A stretch of DNA of 64,000 nt from Lepidodermella squamata (GCA_047495785.1 JBLDXI010000013.1:868001-932000), one strand, 5' to 3'. Positions 47,869-62,326 are shown, numbered from the stretch's first letter. Numbers and translations: made by a program. The notes: generated by a model from the letters alone, not told the origin.

Positions 47869-48939
47869 ATGGAGGAAACTGAGGTGAAAAAACCCAGCAA
47901 GAATTTCCGACGCAGACGTCGAGATTCCTCTGACGAAGGCGAGAAGTCAGACGAGGACCCGACTCTTCAGCAAGTCGAGGAAGCTCGCTTACTTCGCGAG
48001 ATGAAGAAGCGAAAACATGGTATCGATATAACTGCAATGATGCCATCTGGCAGTGATATGGGCGACTCAGAGCACATATCATCTGACGATCCTTTGCGCC
48101 TGAAATCGGGAGGCGGTTTGGCTAATATGAACGCTCTTCGTCAAATGGCCGCCGATGCTGCTGCAGCGACGACTTCGTCAATCGGTACGGCGTTTGCTGC
48201 TGAAACCAAACGTCGAGATGAGGATCTCGAACTGTAAGTTTTCAATATGAAATTGATGATATGGTAATTTCTCAATTCATTTTAGGTTGCGGTATGTCGA
48301 GGAGGAAATGAATCGGCGCCGCGGGGCCGGAGATGACAAAGATAGATCTGCTAGGCTGGCAGCGGCACGCGCTGCGAACCCGAAAGCTCAGTTGTTCGAA
48401 TTGCCCGACTACCTTAAAACTCGTTCAAAGCATAGCAAAAAAGAGGAGAATATGTCATCCCAAATGCTCACTGGCATTCCTGAAGTCGGTAAGAAATTTG
48501 CATCACGTTTTCATAAGAGCAGTATTACCAATTTCGCCTTTCAGATCTCGGAATTGATGCTAAAATGAAGAACATAGAAGAAACAGAGGCTGCGAAACAA
48601 AAGTTGTGGGAAGAGATGCGAAGCAAAAACGACGAGACTAGCGATTTTATCCCCACAAATTACGCAGTCAACTTCGTTCAACACAATCGATGGGCGAGTT
48701 CTACGACCAAAGTTGCGCCAAACGTTCAGGCTGCGTTCGTGCAAGCTCACGCGCGCAAGCAGGCGAACGAGGCGGAAAAAGCAGCCGAAGCTGCGGCTGC
48801 AGCTGCCAAAGTTGTTGTACAAATTTCAGAGCCTGGCAGCGAGGGCGTCGGGTTCATTCCTCCGCGACCGCCTGAGGAGCCGAAAGCGCACCTCCATAAA
48901 AAGCACCACAAAAAGCATCACAAGAAACGCGATGAGTAA
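47869..48939 (+). CDS. C9orf78: Splicing factor C9orf78/Tls1 homolog (3 exons)
   Basis: KNFRRRRRDSS, DDPLRLKSGG, FAAETKRRDED, SSQMLTGIPEV|DLGIDAKMKNIEETE, PTNYAVNFVQHNR; introns 48234-48285 and 48489-48544. Confidence 0.93.
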
Positions 48940-49401
48940 TAATTCACTAATTGTTTCTAGTATTTTTATCTGTTGAATAAAAAATGACGGCTTTCACGCA
49001 ACCATTGACGTTTATTTTTTTCAACAATTTTCGGAGGTCATGTTACAGAAATGTTCATGTGTACGACAAGAACAATGTTTTGAAGCGAGGTCTGTGCGAA
49101 TGGGAAGAGTTATTTTTGAAACTATGACGTTATATCTGTGACGAGAATGTACAAGGACGTGAATAGACAAGAGCAGAAAATGAAGAAGCACTTTAATCGG
49201 AAAATTGCTAGTGATCTTATACGTTGCATCAAAAGGACGAAATTTGCATCTGATCCAACTGAAAATATAACGAAGAATCAACTAGAATAAGGGTAGACAA
49301 AGCGATCATAAATATAATCATTAACAATATAAAGCAAGACGAGTCTGTAAAATTTACATCCAGGTTTTTATTATTGGTAGTGTTAGCTCGGCAGTTGTAC
49401 C

Positions 49402-50898
49402 TTATTTCTTCTCGCAATTCAAGTTCGAGAATTGAAGCAAAACGACCGTCAGCTCGTCGCGCTGTAAATTGCCATCTTTGTTGGTGTCACACGCATCCAT
49501 AACGGTTTTTTTGAAGGTCGCCAAGTCGGTGATGTGGTAAGACTGGTGCGTAAGCTCGAATAAATCCTGGCAAGAAAATAGCTGCATTTCACCACAATAT
49601 GACAATGTTCCAATACAATACCTTAAGGAAGCCCTCGAGCTCGAGCCCATCAATGGAACCGTTACCGTCGCGGTCGTAAGTTTTGAAAATTTCATCGAGA
49701 TCTTTCATGGTTATCTTATGGTTCAGCTTAAGATTCTTCGCTTCGAGGAGGTTCTCTTTCACCGGCAACAATCTAAAAGAATTTTTGAAATTCCTCTCTC
49801 AGAAACGAACGATTCAACTTACTTGGCCAGCTCACTGATCTGGAGTTGACCATCACCATTGACATCGAAAAGCTTCATCTGAAAATCGAAACTTTTATGC
49901 GAAATTAGTTTTGGTAGATGAAATAATTTACGATAACGTCAGCATATTCAGAAATCGATTCCTTGGGGACTTCTCGCTTGTGGGCCTTGAAGAGTTGGAA
50001 AATGAAATCTTCAAGCTCGTCCTTCTCGATGTAGCCGTTGCCGTTCTGGTCGTATTTGCGCCAGACCTTCATGAACTCCATCGAGTTGTCCAGCATGTTG
50101 TCGCGACGGAACAAGAGCAGGAAGTTTTCCTCCATCGGTAGAAGATGGGACAGCTCGCGAATTTCGATCTTTTCGTCCTTGTTCAAGTCGTACTTCTCCA
50201 TGAATTCCTTGCGAACCTTGACGAGCACCTCCTTTGTGATCTCCTTATCGCCCAGACCCGTGCTTTGAACCAGCTGCAAAATAAAATGCTCGAGTTCCGT
50301 GCCTTCGATCATACCATTACCTAAACATTAATTTAGTTAGGGATGAATGATTAAAGGTTTTAGGATGTTAACCAACCATCTTTGTCGTAGTTTTGCCAGA
50401 CCTGAAGAAACTGCGTAGCAGTCAGCTTCATGAAGGCCTTCGAGTGGTCGTCACGAAACTTTTTCAGCAAGTTCTCAGCCTCGGCCATTTTCTTTTTATC
50501 TTGACTGGATGCCTATTGAATTGGAAAAATCTTGATTTAGTTCACGCGAACAAATTTCTACCCAACGGCATTGCAACATGAAATAATGCAACATACATCA
50601 TTGAAGCCTTAGAAAGCAAGCCTTACTCAAACAAGCTCTTGACAATTATATTGATGGCAATAAAAGAAAAAAGCGGTCATAGTATCGATGCGATACTGCG
50701 TGAAGCAGATCATTTGCAACATGTACCATCAGCTGGTATTTGCGCGGTAGCTGAAGGTCGCGGTTAACACCGTGGTTATGCGGCGCGGCGAAGACAATAG
50801 ATAAAGCAAAAAATGCGGCATCATCACAGCGTTGAAGTATATGCATGCATTGATAAATAAACAAGCTAAATTACCTTTTGAAGCCCCTTTGACGCCAT
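49402..50898 (-). CDS. Hexa-EF-hand calbindin/calretinin-like protein (Cbp53E-like)
   Basis: LTATQFLQVWQNYDKDGNGMIEGTEL, LLPMEENFLLLFR, and six EF-hand loops. Short in-frame first exon MASKGLQK at 50898-50875; alternative ATG at 50488. Confidence 0.9.
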
Positions 50899-53800
50899 TT
50901 TAGCAGCAAAATTTCGGGTGAAGTTCAAAATTTGCGTGATATATTAAACTACCGCCTATACCCGTTTCCAGCGGACTGCAAAAATATGGGAATGGCAAAT
51001 GGCTATAGCCGACGAATCGAGTTTCGCGCAATCAGCGCGCGAATCGTCACTTTTCGCTATTAAAATCGACAAAATTTCATTAATGTCGAGCTGCAATAAC
51101 TGCGTGAGGCCAAGGCGTTGCCACAAATAAGCCGTCGAGTAGGCGATGAGCAAGAAAAGGCGATAGATTTTTGCGCGGGAGGATGTGGCATTTTTACGCC
51201 GAATCGAATTAAAATCGGCCGTGGCAATCAAAATAAAATGGCACCCAGAAATGACAACTTACAATGGTCCCACAGCACCCGCAAGACAGCGGGTTTTTTG
51301 AAGCTTAATTTTGCGCTATATTTTGGTGAGTAATAAAACCGCAAATGAAGATTTCTCTACATTTTCTGTCGTCGCCGCAAATTCTGAACACTTGGAATAT
51401 TTTAATAAATTTATTGATTGAAGTTGATGGATGATGGAGGGTGTTAGTATATTGCTTATATTAACACATTTATTTAGGGCGTGGCCGCAAAATTGCAGAT
51501 ATGATTTGCCCTGTTACGGCACCATCTCGGAATCAAGGATTCACCTAGCATACTATATTATTTAGCTTAACAGGCTAGGCTGGTGCAAAAAAGCGGGCAA
51601 AAGATGATCAAAGAAGCACTATTTGTTGTTCTTATCGGAAAAATCTGTAAAAAATGTAATACACCGGCGTCTAAACAAATCATCGACTGAACATCACTTT
51701 TAGCACCGAGAGTACATAGCATGGCGTTCATCGGCCTTCCGCGCCTTGAGGCAACGGATCCTGAAGCACGAAAAAACCAGGCCACGAAACTTTTTTGGGA
51801 AGCAATATCAACTCCCGATGATGCAATAAATAATTTTTACAGCATTGCAAATTTAAAATGACAGGTTTGTTCGAATATATTTTCAAGGACTATTTTTCTA
51901 TAAATTTTGCGAAATTTAATTCTGCGTTATCTGCGATACAACAACAAAATAAGTATCTAAGAAAAGTAAGAAAGTGTACGAAGAAAACCAGTAAATTTGA
52001 TTGTCCTTCCCAATCCTATTTCGCGCATCCTATTTTTTGTAATGCATGTGCTGAAAAATCAGGCGCGCAGATAGTGGCAGAAGCTTATTTCAGCAACAGC
52101 AATCGCACCGTGAAGTCAACTTTCACGCAAAAAAACCCACAAAAATACCGACACAATTATACAGGTGGTAACACTGACAAAGACAGGTACCATGGGTTAT
52201 TTTGAAGCCAGATACGAGCAAAGAAACAGCTGCTAGGATATGCATAGCAAAAAATCTTCGAAGCATGGCAAAGCTAAATCAATTATGGCCCGCAAGATGA
52301 TCAGAACAGCGAAATAATATTAAGGAATAAAAACCACTTACCATTATGTTTTTGTAGCGGCGTGGATTATTTCTACTGCTCTTGACGATAAAAATATGAT
52401 TAAAAAATGCGTGCACCTAGCGATATAGGAATATGAAATGAAAGTCAATTATTACATAAATAATTACAACATTATTGCGGCAGATATTAAGCTTATTCGA
52501 ACCTGAAAATCGCGTTGTGCTGGCGGAACGGATGTCTGGCGATCTGAGAAACACGCTGCGTTCGAGCTCGAAGCGTGTTGAGCCTAATAATTGCCATGTA
52601 ACGGCGCTGCGAAGGTGATGGCGCGCTGGTAGGTGGGTTTGGCCGCGGTAAAAATATGGATATAGCACATCTATCTGCGTAGCGGCTGGTACCAGAAAAC
52701 GATAATAATTACAATCTCACACGCGGGCTACACGATAATAGCACATGCGAAACGCTAACAATAACATGCCGCTCAGTGGGCTTCAAAGCAGTGGAACAGC
52801 TTCGCCGAGGCCGTTTCCACACAAGTACAAGGCGCGCACATGCTTTGATTAGCGCGTTCTGCTTAGCCGTGCTAATATCGATTTGCTTATAACTGTGTTA
52901 CATGGCCCGGGCTTGGCGAATTTAATGGCGCATCAACGCTGATATCTATATATTGTACCAAAATTTAGCAGCGACGAAGCAAAGGTTTATTAAACAAATC
53001 CTCCGATTTTTTCTCTATAGCTGATAAACTGAATCTATCATTCTTTGGCAGAGAACGAATGCGAATAAAACTGCGCCAAAAATAAAAAAGGGAACAGTCA
53101 AATCTGACAAGGGATTTGTATGAAAATTTATCACCTCCAAGGATTATGACCGGGTAAGAAATTCATACATATTTCCAACTTAGGAATGCTTGAGCTGGTT
53201 TCTATTCTTTAAAAACAAGAACTCTTCGGGGACATATATTATGATAGCCAAGTGCGCGGTGTATCATTCGGATTTTCAAGCGACGTCTCTTTATTATTAT
53301 AACTTATTATCGTCTTGTGGCGCGTGATGGCGCCAAGAGTAAATACTAGACAGGCATAAAAAATCGTATTCGTATCGCGTTGAACCGGCAACTAGTCGCA
53401 AAAAAAGTGATCAAGTGCTTCTTGGCGGAGGAAGTAATGTAAATCGTCTCGTTTTTTTCCTCACTCAAAGAGCGTCTGAACGCTGATTGTTCAACGCGGA
53501 TATAAAAATAATGCACGCTGCTCCACTTTTGTCACCGGCAACCGGCAGGTATATCTTGGCAAACTTGAGCTATATCGTTCTATTTTCATCATTGTTACAT
53601 ACGCGGTTGCTTTCACGGAATATAAGTGCTATGACTTCCTTTTTTCATCACGTCGGGAAGATGACGCCACCACGATGTAAGTTGAGAAAACTAGAATATC
53701 ATCATCGATGACTTTTTATTGATCAATTGATGCCGAACTTTCATTTCAAAATTAGTTAACGTTTCTATGTTTTGTACAGTCATAAGATAATCCATAGAAA

Positions 53801-54566
53801 TTTTAATAATTTATATTATATCAGTATCTAATTACGTCGCCATTGCACATGAAAAATTACGGAGATAAAGGTGTGATCCAACAATTTTTTTAACCATACA
53901 TCATGACGACTGAAAATGAATTGAAATTGAAAATATCGTCATGAAACTGCCATCTATAAAATATTTCAAGTTGTATATAATGTCTAACAAGAATAGAGCT
54001 GCGAGGAAATTAGAAGATCTACAAAATTAGTAACCATATTAGGCAGGTATAGTTTGTCGAAAACAATTATAATATAAAAATCACAAACATCATTTTTCTG
54101 CACTTTACCTCTTGAACGAACAAGATATAATATAATGTAATATAATATATAAATTACGCATTATTTTTGTTAATCACATGAAACAGTAGCGTATATTCCA
54201 TCAACGGGATTGTAAGAATCTACAATATTGATCATAATCATCAAAATTAAACTGTGCGTATTTCTAGCTTGAGTTGAAAAGAAATTTGGCTAAGTACTTG
54301 AAACAAATATTTGCTTCGAAAAACAATCGAACCGGCTTATAAATTACTCACTAGCCAGATCTGCTGGCCGAGGACGATCGATTTGCGGATGAGAACAGCC
54401 GGTTTGATTACTCACGGCCAAACAATTCGCAAATCATCATGGTTCAAAGGTTATTGCCGAGTTTTTGGATGTAAGAGATCATTGATTCGCGTTATCACAT
54501 ATTCAATCGAGACGATAGGACAATTATGATAAATCTAAAAGGTGCGCCTTGCTTGAAAACACGCTA

Positions 54567-57500
54567 TCATACTCTTAACCAATGTTTTAAGGTGAATCTC
54601 GTTATTGGTTGGCCATTCCTAATTCCTTCATGCTCCCATTCCGGAGATATCAACAAGGCAAGTCTCTGAATAGGAAAAAATAAGAATAAAAATCATCGGA
54701 GGACTTGACTGTATGTCTGACCTGTTTAGCTGAACCGCCATATGTAACGAACTTGTAAATGACAACGATGATGCAAATGGTCATCGGAATGATTGCGAAC
54801 GACCACCCAACGAGCATCGCCCACCACGGATAGGTGTAAACGCCGAACACGTCGCTGGCGTATTCGAGAGGTGAAACATCCATGAAACTGAACACAATTG
54901 TCAACTGAAACCGAGAAAGTAATGCGAGAACCACAAAAATATGGACCGTTTCTTACCAAGAGTAGACCGGGGCTGATGAATTTCCAACAAATTCGCCAGA
55001 AAATGCCCGGCTTGAATCCTAGCATGTAATTCATGTCTTTTTCCATTTGTTCGATTCCTATAAAATGAATTTAGCTGAATGATGATTTTATAGTAGTTTT
55101 GTTAGATTTTACCGTAGAACCACCCAACTGCAACAGCCTCGCCGAAAGTGGCGAATAGCAGATTCAGGCTTGCGCAATACCGATCCATCAGCGAGAAGAT
55201 GTAAATGCCACCATGCGTTACGTTGACTATAGATATGATGAAGGACGATCCAATGACTAGGAGAGTGAATATTTCGCGGCCATAGGCATGGCGCGTGATA
55301 AATGGCATTTCATCCTTGAGCCCTGTTAATACCGACTCCATTCCACCCATCTGTAAAAATGTTAAACTTGCACTTTGAAAACGCAGTTAACTTTGGAAAC
55401 TTACGGAACTGTCAATCCCCAAGGTGAAAAGCATGACGAAGAAGATGACGGCCCAGATGAAGGAACCCGGCAGGGTGCCTAGGGCTTCCGGGTAGACGAT
55501 AAACACAAGGCCAGGGCCGTCTTTGGCAACTTCCTGAATGCTGACATTGAGCGCCTGTGCCATGAATCCGAGGTAGGCAAATACGACAACGCCGGAGAAG
55601 ACGCTTGTTAAGCAGTTAACCACGATCGTGATCATGCAGTCACGATAACAATCGTGATGGAACCTATTGTACGACGAGAAGGCCAAGTGAACACCGAAGC
55701 CGGCGCCGACGGAGAAGAACACCTGAACGGCGGCTTCGATCCAAACCTCGGCCGTGAACAGCCGGTGCCACGTTGGCACGATGAAGTACTTGATGCCTTC
55801 ACCGGCGCCCTCCAGAAACAGCCCGCGAATAAGCAAGATGAAGAGAATAACGTAGGGCGCAATCGCGGTGAACCACACAACCTTACCAGACGACTTGACA
55901 CCCTGCCACAGGGAGAAGTAGAGAATCAAGAAGATGGACATCGTGCTGACTAGCAGGTCCCACTTTGGCGGACCGATGTGTTCGAAGTTGTAGCCTTGAA
56001 TCTCGAGAACTTTCAACTCGAAAAATTCGTACGCTGCCAGGGTGTTGTTGCCTGGCGTGTATGTGGTGTTCGTCTCGCTTGTGGAGAAGCACAGTGGGGT
56101 GTTCCACGCGTTTTGACAACTGGTCCACGGCAGTTTCATCGTCAGCGATGACCAAATGTAGAAGACGGACCAGCCGAGGATGACGTTGTAGTAGAACGAG
56201 ACGGCGTAGGCGATGAAGCATACGCAATAGCCGATGCCTTTGAATAGGGGTACGATTTTCCAGATAGCGGCCGGGCCGGCGCGGTGAAACTGGCCGAGTA
56301 CGACTTCCATGAAGAAAAGTGGCAGGCCGCCGAAAAGCAGCATAACGAAATAGGGAATGAGGAAGGCGCCGCCGCCGTTTTTGTAGCACAGGTATGGGAA
56401 GCGCCAGACGGTGGCGAGGTCAACAGCGAAGCCGATAGTCGCGATAAGGTAGTCGAGGCCCTTCGTCCAAGTCTCTCGACCGTCGGCATCAGCTGTGCCC
56501 TCTAGCTCGAGCTCTTTAAGGCCGACGCCCCAAGCCGGGTGCACGTCGTCGTCGCCATAGCCGCCAGTTCCGGCGCCGTTCGGACCGAAGGGTATTAGGG
56601 CTGTCGCGCTGGGCACGCTCGCATCTTCGAACGACTCAAGGTTCGGTTTGAGGTGCACCCGAGGTGCTTCCAGCGGAGACACTTGCATTTCGAATTCGTT
56701 GCTGGGTACGTCATTGGACGCTGAGGTGCGGCCGCCGGCGCCATTGCGCAATCGGGTGGTGTCAAACAGAATTACATCTTCGTTGACGACATTCACCAGG
56801 TTTGCATCGCCGTCATGGGATACGTGCTGCGGCCGTGCTGCGCCATAGGCCCGCCGGATCGTTTGCGCTTCGTTAGGATCCAGCTCAGGAATGGAGCCAT
56901 TCTGCTTATGCAAAACAATTGATAATTAGCACCTGATCTGCCTTATTCCTGTAAGTTACTTGTATTTGATCTCTAAAACGTACCCCATTTCCTATCCTTA
57001 TACCGAATAGAAGCCTATACCTGTATAGATTCCTGAGAGGTGCCTCGTATGTAGTAGCGACTAACTTAGCGCGCAACAGTAAGTTATACTATCGAAGAGC
57101 GATTTAATATTCTACCCTATTTAAATATCTGCTAACCACAAAACAAAGGAGCGGCATTTATAGATTCGACATAATGCAGTATTCATAATTTATAACTAAC
57201 ATGGAACAATGATTGGCGTAATTCAATTCGGAGAAATCCACTTGGTAGGTAAGTATCACCATTCCGAAAGGCAATTGACCTTATTTTCAGCCAGAATGGC
57301 ATTTTTGTCGGTGGGACAAACTGCCGGTTTTTCCCGAAAACGACAAGATCGTTAAAGTCAGTGATCAAGCTAAGGATGTATGCTTGAAAAATAAATTACA
57401 CCCATTATGGAAGACGTCCAACACCGAGGTCATTTAACGCGCTATGTCAACCCATCGAGCAAGAACAACTCCACCATCCTGTGACGGCATCACGTTAGGC

Positions 57501-60500
57501 TTCCGGTGCTGTTTATTCAGAAGGATAACGTGATGTTTTTTCAGCGTTTGAGCATGGAACCTCGCAGCGTTTTACTACGCGCGTTCACATATTAGCGAGA
57601 AATTTTACATCCTCGGTGAGAAGACATTATTAATCGCTTTTCATTATACGAAGCCTCCTACGTCTGAAATGCGTTCATGAATTTCTGCCGCTTGTTCAAG
57701 TTTTTAGTGAAGTTCATATTAAGCCGGAAAAAACATGAAATTATTAATAATAATAATTAATAATTGATATTATTATTATTATTAAAAATTTCACTTTTGG
57801 TCCTACTGTTAGGTTAGCCCAGTTGTGACTATAAGAGTTGTTGTGTCGGACTAAACCTAAAATGTTCGAAATACCAAGTAATGCACTCATCTTACTTCGT
57901 TTGAACCACTTGCGGTCGCACAAAGGCCGAATTTAGGAAGAAGCGAAATTTTGATTCGAACTACGTCGCCACATATAAGCAGTCCCTTGGATCTTTGACA
58001 GATGCCAACGCAAGTAGCTTGCTAAATGGTATCTCGCATTAGAAAGACTTATGATTTATTTAATAAACTGGATTTCTCTTAAACAGTTTTTTTCGCATAT
58101 TTAATTACTACGATTTCATTAATTATATAGGGTTGGCTTGATGCTTGATTGCGAAGGCTATTAACCTTGATTAATTTCATGCCCAGGAGAGCCTATGCCT
58201 AATCAATACAACTACATGGCTGATTTCGCAGAAAAATAAGTCTAAAATACAAGCTCTTCGGAGAGATGAGAAAACAAGGTATTAGAACGCAATGACGCAA
58301 TCAAAAGGTGGTAATAACCTCGCTCAACAAGGGCGTGTCCGATTTGACTGGTTGCATCGTGCGGCTATCCTCGATCCATCCGAAAATGCGTAATACACCG
58401 CTCATAAAGCTAGACGGTTGAATTATTTCTCGCCGCTTGTTAATAGTGACGAGCGAAGACGGCCGAAGAAGTAATGACGATTTTTTCATGATTGAGCAGC
58501 GGCCCGTAGAAATGGTGGCGAGAGACCAATTATTTATAATCGAGGCGAGAAGCGGTGCTACAATGTAGTTGTTGGGGACAAAAGTCGTGGGGAACTTTTT
58601 CTTATTTCCTACCCACTTCTTAATTTAAAAATGAGGTGCTGATTCAGGTTAGCAATATTACGGCAGAAAAAGGTCACCTACGCGCTAAATCGATTTAACG
58701 TGGTCGCCGCGGAGTGATAGGTTTCGGGAGTAAGTCTTACAAGCTCACCTACAATACTCGAGTTCGTTTATTTTTAAAGCGCACGGACAGGGCGAGTGGT
58801 GACTTAAAAACGGCTTAACTTAATAGCCTTTAATCCGCCATATTTTTTTGCTGAATCTAGAACCTGAGCTATATCAACTTTACCTGATCGGTGTTTGCTG
58901 CCAAAGCGTCGTACATAAGCAACGATGCATAGCTGCTAACTGAGTTGCGAATAGAAGACCGTTTGTTTAACGTTTTTGTCTGCACGCCGGCTGCTATAGG
59001 TCGCGGTGATGAGTTAACTACGACAACTGAAGGTACGGCTGGGTCGGAACCTTGTGGTGGGGGTGCCGCAACCACCTTTCTTGGCGAGGGCGAAGGTGGC
59101 GCATTTCTACTGGATCCTCGTGCTGCCATGAGCGCTCGGGCGGTAGGAGAGGGCTGCGATGATATCAAAAAGTTTCGCCTCTGCTGCGACAGTGTCAGAC
59201 CGGCAGTGTGTTCGGTCGAACCTGTGAAAGAATGAAAAAGTAAAATAAGGTTAATTTTGATACACGGACATGGTAGAAATAAAAAAAGATAGTAATTAGT
59301 ACTGTTGTGTTGGAAATCAGCTGGTAACTTCGCCGATCACTGGCCTCTTCTTCAAAACGCGCGTTTGAGGGGGCGTTCGAACAGCAAAATTAATGGCATT
59401 AAATGAGTCGAAAAATTTGAAGAGCGCGGGATTTATACTACTAATCCTCAAGTTATAATGAGGCAATAAAACAAGAAATTTTCTTGTCGTTTGTATCGGT
59501 AGCTCGTTCGCCTATATCGGTATAGGTGTCCTCTCCACGCTCATAATGTGTAGGCTGGCCGATAATAGCAATAGTATAGGTTTGAAGCGAAACTTCTTCC
59601 TTTTCAGTCCAAGCGTGAACGGCGAAATTCGTATAATATACTTTGTTTTACTACTTATCACGATCGGCGCTATAAGTCAACAGTTAGGCGCGACTCGGGG
59701 TGAATAGAAAAAACGTAAGGTATTATTGTTATGGCGATATTATTACTTTGTTGTTGATGACGTTGATGATCCTGATTGGCGCTGATTGCTGGCGTATTAA
59801 TTTTACTGCTACTGCTATGCTGCGGTTCCGTAGAAAGCGAATCGCGGCTATTTATGGCCGCATTATTATTAGCACACAAGCTACCCCTAATATTAAAAGC
59901 AGTATAGACATCGTTGTCGGTATAGATCGGCAGTGTCGAACGCGAGTGCAAGTCGTCGTCACGAGACGCCTGCTTGGCCGAGCGAATCGTCGACATTTTT
60001 TTGTTCTCGAGAGCCGCGCACACACAGGTGAAGAAAGCGCGCGGCTACGGCGGCGGTGGTTTTTGCGTAAACCCTAAACTAATAGCGGCTGCAGGCGACT
60101 ACGGGCGTCGTCGACAACGGCGGCAACGGAGCGCGAACTTGGATAGGCCGGAAATTCAATCTTGCTCCCAATCTCCGTTTTCATCGCTTACGATGCTGCG
60201 GCATTTCGTCTTTTTTCACTTCTCATTTCTTGGCGATGCAGCGCAGGTATATCGGCAAAGCGCCCAGGTGACGATGATGACGTCGACGAAACAATATAAA
60301 TCGCAGTGCAAGTAATGTATTATTATTACATAACATAAATAGAAACAATAGTAGAATAATGTTAAAATAGGAGGTCGATAGAAGTTGAGCTGGATTATTT
60401 AATGCGAACACTCGTTGGAAAACGAGAGGAAAAAAGGAGGGTGAACACAACATATACCTTGTAGTAGTACCGAGGTGTTGCGATTGCCGTTCATTTATAA

Positions 60501-61208
60501 AACAAATCCTGCGAATTGATCGGCGGCGCGATTATTTCGTCGCCGGCGCTCAAACTTTCATCCGTAAAGCTGCGGCACAGTTATACACGCGCGAGTTGAA
60601 AAACACATGTGCGCTTCCTAGCACGGTCGCGCGTTCGCACTTACGTCTTATATGCCGAAGTAACTTGCTAATTATTATTACTATTTTACTTTCCGATAAC
60701 TCAACTCCACTTTTTCGTCTTCTTCTTCTTCGCCGCTGCCTTTCAATTTCATCAAATCGAAGTGGGCTTCGCGCGCGCATGAAGAGTCGTTGCTTTGTTC
60801 CGCAGCTCGAGGTCAAGAGGCGCAACGCGAAAGCATGCGCGGCTGAAATACCTCGCTGCAGCCTTTTAGCAGAAATTGCTGTTTGTTTTACACTACTTAC
60901 GCTGATTAAAAAACGTGAAACGTCAATCAGACAAATTGGCACTGCTTACCTATCGAGTTGTAGTAGCTGACACTTCTTTGCTGGTGCAGCAGCAGGGGCG
61001 CGGCGGCGGCTGAGAAATCGGGAAGAATCGACGCTGTCTCGCTCTTGTCGATGAAAGATATGTCGTCCAGGTTGTCCATGAGAAAGTTATTTCCAACGCC
61101 ATTAACGTCATCGTGATTTATAGGCGTTTTCCCAGACGGTGGTGACAGAAGCGATAAAATTTTACGTGTTATACGCGCCGACATGTGTTCCAGTAATTTT
61201 CCTGCCAT
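54567..61208 (-). CDS. SLC6 sodium-dependent monoamine transporter, probably octopamine/noradrenaline type
   Basis: [25 protein letters not shown] with the TM1 Asp; [11 protein letters not shown]; [11 protein letters not shown], recalled as invertebrate OAT-like. Core 54567-56907 is secure; upstream exons 59222-58884 and 61208-60950 are inferred from compatible splice phases. Confidence 0.85.
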
Positions 61209-62326
61209 TTGGTCAAAATAAAAAATGAGCACCAACTTCGGCTGTCATTGCAGCCAGTGCCAAAAATCATATTGATTGAAATTCGATAGCATATAAGTAT
61301 AGACAGAAATGAATCGCCTCTGCAGCGTGGCCCGATTCAGTTACTCTGCGCGCTGCTCTGTGTTTTTGGGCCGAGAAGTTTGTGACTTGTTTTGCAGGAA
61401 CTGCGCTTGGCTGTTTCATCGCTAATAAACACTTTCACGCGTCGACGGCCCCCGCGATCAATGCGCCCAGGTGCTGGGCCGAATTTGTCGTCGTCGTCTG
61501 TTCACGCCGGAAGTCAAAATAATAACAAGGTGATAATTATTACTTTTTATTATTTCAATATAAGCATTTCCGCCGTTCTTCACCATCATCATAGATGCTT
61601 TTATATAAAATTTCAAAGGACCATCATCGTCATCTAATCGCAGCACGCTAAATCATTCATCAATCTTCGATATCAACGCGACAAACAAAACACAGATTTT
61701 TTCATCTTTTTCCAGCGTTGAGAAAGTCGTGTATAACCAAAAAAACTAGAGATAGTAGAGACAGACAGCGAGCGAGAGAAAAAAGAATGGAGATAATTGA
61801 TTGCGAAAAGCACAATCAACTTGAAGCATCAGTATCGTTGCAGAAAGGTAGTCGTTTGTTTTCATTACAAATCATGATCATGGCATCGCATCATTCGCTC
61901 AACATTTATTTACAAAAAAAGTAATTCAAATTCTAAATATCGGCGGCGGAGGGGTCGAAAAAATTGTCTTAATTTTCGTTTCGTTGAGAATTTGCTAGCG
62001 GCGGTGAACAACATCAACAAAACGACGCGCTATGAAAGAACCACAGGCAGAGAAAAAAAACCAATAATATATATTTATATCTCGAAGCTCATCGAATCTC
62101 TCGAAGAAGCGTGTCAACTACTAGAGCAGCTAACGAAAAATATGACAATTTTTTATTTACAATATAAAGAGGCTCGATTCGTTTTGTTTTTTTCGTTAAT
62201 TACAGGGGGAGACGATGAAGAGAACAACACGTGTGAAAAAAGAACGGAAAGAAAAGAAAGATCTCTAGATTGAATAAATGCTCAGGGTTTTTTTTCTAAC
62301 AATGGTTTCTATGGTACAACAAGGCA

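Noticed and set aside
50950-54500. Short ORFs between the calbindin-like gene and the transporter
   Set aside because: No recognisable motifs or coherent exon chain; probably UTR and regulatory DNA.
57735-57790. (TAA)n/(TTA)n palindrome
   Set aside because: Simple AT-rich microsatellite inside an intron.
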